Source: Nitrososphaerales archaeon (GTDB taxonomy: Archaea; Thermoproteota; Nitrososphaeria; Nitrososphaerales; Gagatemarchaeaceae). From it: a stretch of 64,000 bases of DNA. This document shows positions 19,344 to 28,086 of the stretch, in pieces. How positions within the stretch are numbered: the first letter of the stretch is position 1; the number at the start of each line of letters is the position of its first letter. The notes beneath the pieces were generated by a model. It ran no database searches, had not been told where the DNA came from, and saw only the letters and a list, made by a program, of their open reading frames with translations. The DNA lies in contig DASPVF010000045.1 of assembly GCA_035622475.1 (NCBI GenBank), positions 1,898 to 65,897 on the forward strand, given 5' to 3'. Made by a program: the position numbers and the translations under genes.

Positions 19344-21119
19344 TCAGGACGGGCTGAGCCAGACAGAGGCCCAGTCGAAGCCATATCCGTCGAGCAGCGG
19401 GCTGTAGATCAGACCGTGCACGTTTGAGGTGTAGACGGCGTAACCCACATACTGGTAGTTCCATATGATGGGGGCGTTCTGCAGGGTGAGTTCTGTTATC
19501 TGGCTGTAGAGTTCTGCCCTCAACGTCAAATTGAAGGTCGATAGTGCCTCAGTTCCGAGGGCCTCGATCTGCGGGTTCGAGTACCCGTCGTTCCAGTTGT
19601 AGGCCGCGCTAGGCGTGGCGTAGTCTGCTGGGTCCTGGAAATCCGGAGTCCAGAAGTAGGCGAGCATCTGCGGCCTCAGAGTGCTGTTGAAAGGCAGGCC
19701 GACATAATCCCCGTAGCTCACGTCGGTCGCCCCCACTATGTTCACCTGCAGTCCAATCACGGATAGGTCGCTCTGGATGGCGGAGGCCACGAGAGCTCCG
19801 GAGGGCCAGTCAAGCGGGTAGACGAAACTAATCGGCGGAAGGGCCGTGCCGTTTGCGAAGTTCCCGCCCGGATATCCTGCCTGGGCCAGCTCCTGCTCAG
19901 CCAGGGTGACGTTGTACTGGTACGGTGTGATGCTGTCGTTGTACCCGAATAGCCCCTTGGGCATTGGCCCTGCGTACGAAATCCCAAATCCGTTGAGTAT
20001 GTTGTTGTCGATGAACGAGTAGTTGATCGCATGTGCCATCGCGAGCCTTACCAGAGTCGAGCTGGTCGGAAACAGCTGGACATCGAGCCCTATCGGGGCG
20101 ATGTTATCCGAGAGGCCTATGATCTGCACCTTGACGTTGGGAGAGCCGGCTAGAGATGGGATGAGATTCGGATCGATGGAAGCGACCTGGACAGCCCCTC
20201 CCTTGATGTCGAGAAGCCTCGTGCTCGGGTCGTTCCGGTAGTCTATGATTATCTCGTTCAGGTAGGGCTTCGGCCCCCAGTAGTACGGGTTCCGCATCAG
20301 AGTGATGTGGTCTCCCTTGACCCACTGGGTCATCATGTAGGGTCCGGTTCCTATGAGGTTCGACTCCATGAAGGAGTTGACCGTGCCGTTTACGGTGCCT
20401 CCGTGGGCGAGGTCGACACTCTTGTCGATGATCGCGTTGTAGGGATCAGCCAGCGTGGAGATGAAAGCGGAGAACGGCGCGTTAAGCGAGACGGAAAAGT
20501 GGAACGGGTCGTAAATGTGGAACGTGCTCATGTTAAGCCCGGCGGTCGCGAAGACGTACCCGTTGGCCTGCCCGAGTACCCTGTTGAAGGTGTACTGAAC
20601 GTCGGTCGCGTTGAACTCGTCAATGGTGCTGTTCGTCGCGGGGTTCACGAAATAGACGCCCTGTCTCAGCGTGAAGTTGTAGGTCAGTCCGTTGGGGCTC
20701 ACGGTCCAGGAGGTGGCGAGCCTGGGGATGATTGTCTGGGTGGTCCAGTTGTAGCCTACGAGCCCGTCGGCGACGTTGTCGACGATTGCGAGTCCGGCGA
20801 CAGTGTCAGAAGTTGCCGGGTCCACGGTCGCTGGCTCGAACTCCTCGTCGGCGATCAGGGTCCCTCCATAGACGGGCTGTGTTGGTGTCGTGGAGGACGT
20901 CGTGGTCGTGACGGTCGTGAGGGGTGTTGTGACGGTGGCGGTTGACGTGACCGTGGCAGTCGAAGTAGCGGTTGAGACAGCGGTTGAGGTGGCGGTTGTC
21001 GTTGTCACGGACGGGGGCAAAGTCACAACGTACGCGGCAGCGGCTGCGACGATTAAAATCAAAACAACTGCGACGACGATTACAAACCTCGAAACGGCCC
21101 GTCTACGGAAGACGTACAA
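19344..21119 (-). CDS. ABC transporter substrate-binding protein, family 5 (membrane-anchored, Thr-rich linker)
   Basis: 591 aa. An N-terminal TM anchor, then a T/S/A/V low-complexity linker (TTTATSTAVSTATSTATVTSTATVTT...), then an SBP_bac_5-like body. Confidence 0.9.
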   Translation of the reverse strand: MYVFRRRAVSRFVIVVAVVLILIVAAAAAYVVTLPPSVTTTTATSTAVSTATSTATVTSTATVTTPLTTVTTTTSSTTPTQPVYGGTLIADEEFEPATVDPATSDTVAGLAIVDNVADGLVGYNWTTQTIIPRLATSWTVSPNGLTYNFTLRQGVYFVNPATNSTIDEFNATDVQYTFNRVLGQANGYVFATAGLNMSTFHIYDPFHFSVSLNAPFSAFISTLADPYNAIIDKSVDLAHGGTVNGTVNSFMESNLIGTGPYMMTQWVKGDHITLMRNPYYWGPKPYLNEIIIDYRNDPSTRLLDIKGGAVQVASIDPNLIPSLAGSPNVKVQIIGLSDNIAPIGLDVQLFPTSSTLVRLAMAHAINYSFIDNNILNGFGISYAGPMPKGLFGYNDSITPYQYNVTLAEQELAQAGYPGGNFANGTALPPISFVYPLDWPSGALVASAIQSDLSVIGLQVNIVGATDVSYGDYVGLPFNSTLRPQMLAYFWTPDFQDPADYATPSAAYNWNDGYSNPQIEALGTEALSTFNLTLRAELYSQITELTLQNAPIIWNYQYVGYAVYTSNVHGLIYSPLLDGYGFDWASVWLSPS

Positions 21120-21173
21120 TCTCAGGACAGGCTTTCCACCGTCGGCCGTTACTTAAGTATTTTTTGTAAGCAC

Positions 21174-21197
21174 AATTTATTGTAAGCGCTCGAGTAT
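21174..21197. promoter_or_regulatory. direct repeat TTGTAAGC-N8-TTGTAAGC in the promoter region of the ABC operon starting at 21119
   Basis: TTGTAAGC occurs at 21174-21181 and 21190-21197. The spacer contains ACAAT..ATTGT. The region is AT-rich, 55-80 bp upstream of the SBP start. Confidence 0.35.
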
Positions 21198-21205
21198 AAG
21201 AAAGG

Positions 21206-21568
21206 TCAGGTGGGAACTTCTACGTAGACGTCGCGCTTGGTGTAATACGACTCTGACCACATTGACTTGTACTTCGCCCTGAACTTATCGAGAACCTTCT
21301 CCACCTTGGTGGAATCTCGCACAAGTATCGCTTTGAATGGAATCGTGATGTCGTCTACTCCAAGTTCGATTTGAGGTTGTTTTGTCAGGTTTTTGTACCA
21401 TTCATTATCGGAACCCTTCATCGGGACGAGGATGACTTGCTCACCGTCCAAGACGAACCATACAGGAGCCGAGAACCTTTTCTTTGTCTTTCGCCCGGCT
21501 ACCGTTATGTTAACTTCGTTGGAATGCTTTAGCCTGCCGAGGAGGGTTCGCCGTGATTCCAAGGTCAT
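21206..21568 (-). CDS. deazaflavin-dependent oxidoreductase-like protein (DUF385/PNPOx-like split barrel)
   Basis: GRKTKKRFSAPVWFVLDGEQVILVPMKGSDNEWYKNLTKQPQIEL fits the GRKSG...P.W..NL...P pattern of this family. ATG 21568 is preferred, since it avoids overlap with the divergent SET gene. Confidence 0.55.
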   Translation of the reverse strand: MTLESRRTLLGRLKHSNEVNITVAGRKTKKRFSAPVWFVLDGEQVILVPMKGSDNEWYKNLTKQPQIELGVDDITIPFKAILVRDSTKVEKVLDKFRAKYKSMWSESYYTKRDVYVEVPT

Positions 21569-21641
21569 GTCTTCCTGCTGCTTCACTAGAACCTTAATCT
21601 CTTTCCGTTCATCCGCGCCACGTTGAGGAGGAACCAGCAGG

Positions 21642-22013
21642 ATGAAGTCGGGACTGGAGATCAAAGAGTCCCCCATTCATGGGCGGGGGGTCTTTGCGAC
21701 GGCGAGGATCCCCAAGGGGACTGTGGTGGAGGAAATCAAGGGGAAACCTCAACACTACTCGAAGATTCCAGCTGCTCTTTTGCTGAGAAGAGGCATGGAG
21801 GTGACGAATGATGTCTACATCGTGCCACCAGAGGGCTCCGTGGGGTGGTTTCTCAACCATGCAACCAGGCCGAACTGCACCTATAGCATCTCGACCAGAG
21901 AGATAACGACGAAAAGGGAGATACGCAAGGGCGAAGAACTGACGCTCGATTATTCGGAGACCACCACCTGGCCCGACTACGCGGCGTTGTGGAAAAGGGG
22001 CAGACCCCCATAG
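21642..22013 (+). CDS. SET domain protein (putative lysine methyltransferase)
   Basis: 123 aa with GRGVFA, FLNHATRPNC (an NHSCxPN-like motif) and GEELTLDYSE. Confidence 0.8.
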   Translation: MKSGLEIKESPIHGRGVFATARIPKGTVVEEIKGKPQHYSKIPAALLLRRGMEVTNDVYIVPPEGSVGWFLNHATRPNCTYSISTREITTKREIRKGEELTLDYSETTTWPDYAALWKRGRPP

Positions 22014-22122
22014 ACCGAACCGTAGTTCCCCGGGGACCAGCAAAAAGGTACTACCCATCTCCTTCGCCGATCTGCAGCTTCTTCGTTTACCTTACGCTAT
22101 GCCGATTTGAAGAGAAGGGCTC

Positions 22123-22590
22123 CTATCGCTCATAGGTCCCTACGAGACGAGCCTGTTCGAGGATGTGGTCGGAGATCGCGTCGAGGAGACGCGCCCTGTC
22201 GAGACCTGGCTTGAGCTTCATTTCGTCCCCCAGTGCGTAGATCCAGAAGTAGTAGTTGTGGACCCCATGCCCCTTCGGCGGGTAAGGCCCCATGTATCCC
22301 TGCTTCCCCGCCCCGTTTACGCCCGCGGTGAAGGCGTCCGGCTTCTGACCCTCGGAGAGCTTCGTGACGCTCACAGGGATGCCGTATACCACCCAGTGGG
22401 TGAACCCGTGAAGGAGTGGTGCGTCAGGGTCGTGGGAGATTAGCGCGAACTCCTTCGTCCCCTTGGGTGCGCCGGTCCACTCCAGGGGCGGGGACTGGTT
22501 CCCGCCATCCCCTCCGTACTTCCTGTCCATTCGTCCTAAGGTGCTGAAAGCTGAACTGGTGACCTTCAGGTTCCCGAGCTTGAGACTCAT
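22123..22590 (-). CDS. YbhB/YbcL family Raf kinase inhibitor-like (PEBP) protein
   Basis: DPDAP, HWVVYGIP and GYMGPYPPKGHGVHNYYFWIYAL are characteristic. Confidence 0.9.
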   Translation of the reverse strand: MSLKLGNLKVTSSAFSTLGRMDRKYGGDGGNQSPPLEWTGAPKGTKEFALISHDPDAPLLHGFTHWVVYGIPVSVTKLSEGQKPDAFTAGVNGAGKQGYMGPYPPKGHGVHNYYFWIYALGDEMKLKPGLDRARLLDAISDHILEQARLVGTYER

Positions 22591-22643
22591 CGCGGAATCC
22601 CGGGCCGGGCGTCATAAAAACTCTAGGCGTCAGAAAAAGGGGT

Positions 22644-23291
22644 TTAGAGACCCCAGTGTGAGTCTCTAAATCGCCAGAACCAATGGGCTGGATGAGTCTG
22701 TTGCCCGCCAAGGGAAAAGTTCGCGAGCCACTGGCTCGTCCCTGAAGATATGTCGAATGCCGCATGCCCAGTCACGCTTCCGTTGGAGTTGACGTCTAGC
22801 CCGCTCACACGGATGATGAAAGTGGTCCCCGAACTCATTGTCCCTTGGCCGGTGCCCGACATGCCAGCGCCGTTGAGGACGAGGTTCCCGCTGGAGATGG
22901 TGTAGGTGGTTGTGCCGATAGTCACACTTCCGGAAGTCATGCTGAGGGAGTAGCCCCACTGGTAGACACCAGTCACGGTGAATGTGAAGCTACCAGTAGC
23001 GTTGACCCTGTCAGGAGGATTGGTCAAGGAAGATGTCAGTGCAACTCCTTTCAGGTTGGAGAAGGTGATCGTGCACCCAACTGTAAGCTGAGTTCCTGAC
23101 TGGAAGGGAAAGTGAGCGTTAGAAGGGAAGGTCCACGTGGAGGTAGTCTGGGTTGTCGTGCTTGTCTGAGGCGTCGTACAGGTCGTCGAGCTTGATGGAG
23201 TTGTAGTGGTCGTAGTTGTTGCTGCAAAGACCGCGCCCCCTCCTACGAGGAATGCTGCGACCAGGATAGCCGCCGGTAATTTGGTCTTCAT
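22644..23291 (-). CDS. membrane-anchored/secreted Thr-rich protein, unknown function
   Basis: MKTKLPAAILVAAFLVGGGAVFA anchor, a poly-Thr linker, then a beta-rich S/T/G region containing ATGSFTFT. Confidence 0.55.
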   Translation of the reverse strand: MKTKLPAAILVAAFLVGGGAVFAATTTTTTTPSSSTTCTTPQTSTTTQTTSTWTFPSNAHFPFQSGTQLTVGCTITFSNLKGVALTSSLTNPPDRVNATGSFTFTVTGVYQWGYSLSMTSGSVTIGTTTYTISSGNLVLNGAGMSGTGQGTMSSGTTFIIRVSGLDVNSNGSVTGHAAFDISSGTSQWLANFSLGGQQTHPAHWFWRFRDSHWGL

Positions 23292-23755
23292 TTTCGGCTT
23301 CGGGATAACCGGCAACCTGGTTATCAGACAGCGATTTTGAACGGGGAAAGATCGGGGTTGGAACGCCCTCGAGCTTCGAAGGGCGTTAGAGATGGCAATC
23401 AGGTGAGAGGCTTACGATGGCCCTATGTCGGCCATTATCGTTCATACGTCCAAGCCTTGTGGTTGGGAACGCCGTTCAATTCCATTGTTTGATAAATGAT
23501 AGCCGAGATGCCGCGCTGAGCCACCAATCGAGTTGTGCGAGGCATGTGGCAAAGGACTGCACAGGAGCTGCAGTCGTCCGACCCCTCTTTTCACATCACC
23601 ACTCCATGTATCCCACAACAGAAGCGCGACTGAGACTTTCACCTGTTGTGACAGGAAGGAAATCTGGACACTAATCGCTCCGCGGTGGCTTGACTCATCG
23701 ACCTAGGAGAAGGGGGAATTGGCACCCCCACGGTGCGATGACGCTCAACAGCGGG

Positions 23756-25210
23756 TCAAAACGCCATCGCGGGACCGCTGGAGTGTAACTTTCCATCCCT
23801 CAGGAAGTAGTGCCACTCCTCCTGGCGCCTCGAGGATGGCTCGAGCTCCCATGAAGAACCCTCCCCCCGCTGACCTGTTCCAATGGTCGAAATCCGCACC
23901 CCCGCCCTCAGGAACTTGCTCTGGTTGTAGATGCGGCGGCCGTCTACCACGGCGGGAGATGCCATCAGGGACTTGAAATCATCGGGTCGCAACCTCTTGA
24001 AATCATCCCAGTCAGTAGCGATGAATGCGCACTCGGAACCGCGGAGGGCGTCCCTCGCACTCTTGGCATAAGTGACCTGTCTGCCAAATAGATTCTTCGA
24101 GTTCTCAATCGCCGCCGGGTCGAAAGCGGTGACTTCCGCGCCCCCCCTTATCAGGACCTTTGCAAGGGCGATTGCCGCCGACTCCCTGATATCGTCGGTA
24201 CCCGCCTTGAAGGCCAGCCCGAGGAGGGCCACTTTCTTCCCCTCAAGAGAGCCACAGAGTTTCTCTGCCAGCCTGACTGCCTCGCTCACCTGTCCGCCGT
24301 TGACGGTGAGTGTCGCAGAAATGACGTCGTTGCCGATGCCAGCCGCCTTCAGATTGAACGCAAGAGTTCGGCAATCCCTCCCCAGACGCGACCCGCCGAA
24401 CCCCAGGCCTGCGTTAAGGTATCCCTCGTCCATTCTCCCCACTTCAGCCAGCCCCTTCCTTACTTCGTCATAATCGCATCCAGGCACTCTGGTGCAATAG
24501 TTGGCAATCGTGTTGACGAAACTGACCTGGGTGGCCCTCCCCGCGCTGATTGCGTAGGCCATCATCTCCGCGTTCGGCGGCGTGGTGAGGATGGTCGGAG
24601 GACGTCTCTTGTAAAAAGCGTCGTACATCCTCAGGAGGGTGTTCGTCGACCTCCTGTCGTACCCCCCAATCACCATGGCGTCGGGGTGGAAGGCGTCGAA
24701 AAAAGAGGGCTCTTTGCGGGGGAGCTCTGCACTGAAAGCAAGCCCAAAATCTACGCCTGCCTCCTTTCGCGATTCACGTTCGAGCAAATGCTTGACAAGA
24801 CCCTCTGTTGTTCCAGGTGTGACAGCGCAGTTCACCACAACGAGCTTGTACCCACGGGCCACAGCCAACTGGCGGCCCACCTCTCTCGAGGCAGATTCGA
24901 CGTACTCTGGGTCAATCCGCCCATCATCGCGGCTGGGCGTCCCGACGGTGATGAAGATGATTTTGGAACGGGCGAGGCATTCGTAGCTCGATCGGAAGAC
25001 AAGGGTCTTCTTCCTCAGTGAGCGGCGGAGAAGGGAATCAAACCCTTCTTCGTAGAAGTTGGAAGTACCCTTGCTAAGCGCTGTTACTTTGTTCTTGTCG
25101 ATGTCCACTCCGGAGACATCGAATCCCCGACTGGCAAGGGATACGGCTGTATAGAGCCCCACATGCCCTAGGCCAACGATTGAGACCCTTTGCGTCGGCG
25201 AATGCTTCAT
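23756..25210 (-). CDS. UDP-glucose/GDP-mannose dehydrogenase family protein (divergent; canonical catalytic Cys absent)
   Basis: N-terminal VSIVGLGHVGL Rossmann motif, FITVGTP, and a central GFGGSRLGRD where the family has GFGGSCxxKD. 484 aa with a roughly 45 aa C-terminal tail. Confidence 0.85.
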   Translation of the reverse strand: MKHSPTQRVSIVGLGHVGLYTAVSLASRGFDVSGVDIDKNKVTALSKGTSNFYEEGFDSLLRRSLRKKTLVFRSSYECLARSKIIFITVGTPSRDDGRIDPEYVESASREVGRQLAVARGYKLVVVNCAVTPGTTEGLVKHLLERESRKEAGVDFGLAFSAELPRKEPSFFDAFHPDAMVIGGYDRRSTNTLLRMYDAFYKRRPPTILTTPPNAEMMAYAISAGRATQVSFVNTIANYCTRVPGCDYDEVRKGLAEVGRMDEGYLNAGLGFGGSRLGRDCRTLAFNLKAAGIGNDVISATLTVNGGQVSEAVRLAEKLCGSLEGKKVALLGLAFKAGTDDIRESAAIALAKVLIRGGAEVTAFDPAAIENSKNLFGRQVTYAKSARDALRGSECAFIATDWDDFKRLRPDDFKSLMASPAVVDGRRIYNQSKFLRAGVRISTIGTGQRGEGSSWELEPSSRRQEEWHYFLRDGKLHSSGPAMAF

Positions 25211-25647
25211 CTTTGCTCAGGGAGGCTGGAGCCTCTTCTATCGCTGGCGCTCATGCTCTGGCAACCATTACCCTGTGGAGAGGGGACTCGCACTGGTCAG
25301 TGTTGACGAGATCGGAATCGTCGATGGCCTCGCGGCCCGTCCGTAGAAAGCAATCCCAGCACATCTTGATGGGCAACTTTTTCGACGTGTGTAAGACGCG
25401 CTTTTCTTTTTAGAGAATGTGGAGTCCGCCTTCAGATTCCAACTCTCACGAGGACCAAGCCAACAGCCTCTGTCCAAAGTTCTGTCATTTACGTGGCCGC
25501 GAGGAAAGAAGCAGATTCGCCCGCCTGGGTGCGGGTAGAGGCAGCGGCCGCGTCCCCGATACCAAGCTCGGAGGTTCCTGCAGCGCCCCGGATCCCAGGG
25601 ATGTGCTCCTCCTGGCCTTGCTGAGGGTGCCCTTCGCGCTTCTTTAC

Positions 25648-25845
25648 CTAGGGCTTCCCAGGAAGCCTGAACGCCCTCCAGAAGTCCCGCAGTCCCTCCC
25701 GGGTCGTGGAAGTCACCAGGGGGACTCTCGGATCGGCGCCGTGAACAAAGGCCAAGTGAAGTTCGTATTCGCGCTGCCATTCGTCAGCAGAGTGTGTACT
25801 CTGAAGCCCTGCCTGAAGTATGGCTAGACAGGTGTCGCATCTCAT
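25648..25845 (-). CDS. small hypothetical protein (65 aa)
   Basis: The ATG is preceded by an AT-rich TATA-like stretch (25860-25900). The composition is protein-like (MRCDTCLAILQ...EWQREYELHLAFVHG). No motif recognised. Confidence 0.25.
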   Translation of the reverse strand: MRCDTCLAILQAGLQSTHSADEWQREYELHLAFVHGADPRVPLVTSTTREGLRDFWRAFRLPGKP

Positions 25846-26005
25846 GTCGTTAACCAATCCCTGATGCTAGCCATTTTCCATTTACGTTACCTAACGATTT
25901 TCAATCGTATGTATCTCATCTCCCTAAAAGAAGACCAACAGGTTAGGGGTTGCGGGAAGACTTCTTTCGGGTAACGCCTGGCTGCCATGAACTTATTCCC
26001 AATCT

Positions 26006-26656
26006 TCAAGCGGCTTCATGGGGAGGCCCCGACGTTTCGGCCGTCGATGCAAACGGTACCCGGGCCCCTTCGGTCGTGGCTGGGGGCAATTCGCGATGCT
26101 CCTTCATCCTCACATTCAGCTTGCGGAAGAATACGTACACCTCCTCTCCCGCTTGTTTGTTTATTCCTTCGATGAAGGGAGAGAGCTTCTGCCATGCCCC
26201 CTCCGGGACGAACATGTCATCGATTGTTGCAAGGCTCACGAAGCCCCTGTCGACTAGCACGCCAAGCGACTCGAAGAGGGCTGCAATCTGGTAGAAGGCG
26301 ACCTTGTCTTTCTCTGGCAGCCTCTGGAACTCCTCGAAGGATTTCACCCCCAGATCATTAACCTTCAGCCAAGACGTCTGGACTTCCACAGTGTTTGCGA
26401 ACTCGTAGATCCTCATTATCATCTCCATATCGGCCAGGTCGTTGTTCTGCTTGAGCTGGTCGGTAGAGAGCTTCGCCTGGATGACGGCCGCCTTCGCCTG
26501 CTCCGTCGATGCCATGATCAGCTTGCGGTTGTCCCTGATCTGGAGGACGACGAAGACAGCACCGAGGGCGATCGCAACCGAGCTCACAAAGGCTGCATCG
26601 GAGCTTAGCTGAGAGAAATCGATCGAGAGCAATGTCCCCATGGTTCCGGTCACCAC
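26006..26656 (-). CDS. membrane-anchored hypothetical protein
   Basis: One N-terminal TM (FVSSVAIALGAVFVVLQI) followed by a helical soluble domain. It possibly resembles DUF4760, but I cannot verify that. Confidence 0.55.
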   Translation of the reverse strand: MVTGTMGTLLSIDFSQLSSDAAFVSSVAIALGAVFVVLQIRDNRKLIMASTEQAKAAVIQAKLSTDQLKQNNDLADMEMIMRIYEFANTVEVQTSWLKVNDLGVKSFEEFQRLPEKDKVAFYQIAALFESLGVLVDRGFVSLATIDDMFVPEGAWQKLSPFIEGINKQAGEEVYVFFRKLNVRMKEHRELPPATTEGARVPFASTAETSGPPHEAA

Positions 26657-26859
26657 TTTAAGACTTGCTTGGGTGGCCCAAGAGAACGATAGCCGCCGGG
26701 AATCACCACCATTGCGAATTTCCTCCGCACATGATGATCACAAAGTGGCCTGGATCCACCTCACTGACTATGATCATACAACCGTGTCTCGGTCTGACGA
26801 AGATCCGTCAGTCCTACGAAGTGATTCACCAGGCCGACAGGGTCGGGGGGAGATCACTT

Positions 26860-27504
26860 TCACTCGTGGAGAACTTCGAAAACGTTGTTCCAGTTGTCCA
26901 ACGCGATCCCGACCCTCACCCACAACGGAACCAAGGCCTCCAACCACCTTGCCCCTTCGATACCGCCCACATCAATGGCTCCTTTCCATCCGAACTCCTT
27001 CAGTATCTTTGTGACCTCCTCCTTCGCGGCCTTGTCATGTCCACAGATCATCATCTCGACGCCCTTGTAGGTGGGGTCGACCATCTGCCTGTTCCCGACG
27101 ATGTTGAAGCACTTCACTACCCTCGCCTCAGGAAGCCTGCGCTGAATCTGTTCGCCCAGAGAATCTGTCGTGCCCACGAACAATCCTGGGGGCATCCCCT
27201 TCGAGAAATCGAGAGGAACTGTCGTGTCTATGAGGAGTTTCCCTTTGAAGTTCGAGGGACCAGCCAGGTCGATTACTTCTTCGGCGGCGGTCCCGAGGGT
27301 CGCCAGCACGAGCATGTTCCCATGGGATGCCGCATCCGCGAAGGAGCCGGTCGATGCTCCCTTGCCAGCCTTACTCGCCCACGCCCTCAACTTCTCGCTA
27401 TCTGGGGTTCTGGAGCCAATCATAACATCGTGTCCCCGCGAGGCGAATCCCCTACCTAATGCCTGCCCTACATCTCCACTGCCCAAAATGCCTACCTTCA
27501 TCAT
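26860..27504 (-). CDS. NADPH-dependent F420 reductase-like oxidoreductase
   Basis: MKVGILGSGDVGQALGRGFASRGHDVMIGSR Rossmann motif plus the overall size fit the Npd/F420:NADP oxidoreductase family. Confidence 0.8.
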   Translation of the reverse strand: MMKVGILGSGDVGQALGRGFASRGHDVMIGSRTPDSEKLRAWASKAGKGASTGSFADAASHGNMLVLATLGTAAEEVIDLAGPSNFKGKLLIDTTVPLDFSKGMPPGLFVGTTDSLGEQIQRRLPEARVVKCFNIVGNRQMVDPTYKGVEMMICGHDKAAKEEVTKILKEFGWKGAIDVGGIEGARWLEALVPLWVRVGIALDNWNNVFEVLHE

Positions 27505-27684
27505 AACCAACGGAAATCATCAGACTTTCCGCTCCTTAAGCCCACCGGTCAACGGAGGGACAGGTAATCTACTTCCATATACCCAGAGCATCCAAGACTA
27601 TCCCGACGACGGGTGGATGACCGACTCTCTTTGCGAACCAGTCAATTTATAGCCTAATCCAAGGAGAAAGAGCGAGGACAAGAT

Positions 27685-28086
27685 TTGCTTTCAGAGGCCG
27701 AAACGAATTACCTGAAAACTCAGAGGCTTGCTCGGATTGCCACGGTCTCGCCAACGGGCATTCCAGAAGTCTCACCAGTCGGGTTCGAATTCGACGGAAA
27801 ATACTTCTGGGTCGGGAGCCACAGCCAGGACATCTTCCCGACATCCAAGAGGTACAGGAACATCACAGGAGGAAACCATCACGTTTCAATCGTGATTGAT
27901 GACCTAGCTTCTGCTGATCCGTGGAGGCCAAGGGGAATCAAGGTGAGCGGGACCGCCGAGATAATAGAACACGATGGGATATTTGGTAAAGGAAGGTACT
28001 TCCGCATAACCCCCGACCGTTCTGTGAGTTGGGGGATCGAACCGCCGGCGAAGGGACAATGGAGCTCATCGAAGCGGTGGAAGTGA
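27685..28086 (+). CDS. PPOX-class (pyridoxamine 5'-phosphate oxidase-like) probable F420-dependent enzyme
   Basis: 133 aa. LKTQRLARIATVSPTGIPEVSPVGF...WRPRGIKVSGTAEII is typical of the split-barrel PPOX class. TTG start. Confidence 0.75.
   Translation: MLSEAETNYLKTQRLARIATVSPTGIPEVSPVGFEFDGKYFWVGSHSQDIFPTSKRYRNITGGNHHVSIVIDDLASADPWRPRGIKVSGTAEIIEHDGIFGKGRYFRITPDRSVSWGIEPPAKGQWSSSKRWK

Noticed and set aside
23505-23535. C/D-box sRNA-like AATGATAG...CTGA
   Set aside because: The C box is imperfect. There is no C'/D pair at the required spacing and no terminal stem. The candidate would be far longer than archaeal C/D sRNAs.
25499-25515. GAGGAAAG resembling the RNase P RNA CR-I motif
   Set aside because: It is followed by AAGC rather than UCC, and no other conserved RNase P elements are nearby.
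25645-25650. TAG read-through or pyrrolysine at the end of the 65-aa ORF (the frame stays open 51 more codons)
   Set aside because: TAG serves as an ordinary stop for several confident genes here (for example 33222-33224, 61530-61532 and 61988-61990). The extension is low-complexity, and no pyl or methylamine methyltransferase genes are present.
25268-25827. 170-aa (minus strand) and 136-aa (plus strand) ORFs
   Set aside because: They are mutually antisense and Arg/Pro/Gly-rich, with no motifs. They were treated as non-coding, and the region is reported as an unexplained gap instead.
26665-27459. 264-aa ORF on the plus strand
   Set aside because: It is antisense to the F420-reductase-like gene and has no motif. 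It is a shadow ORF.
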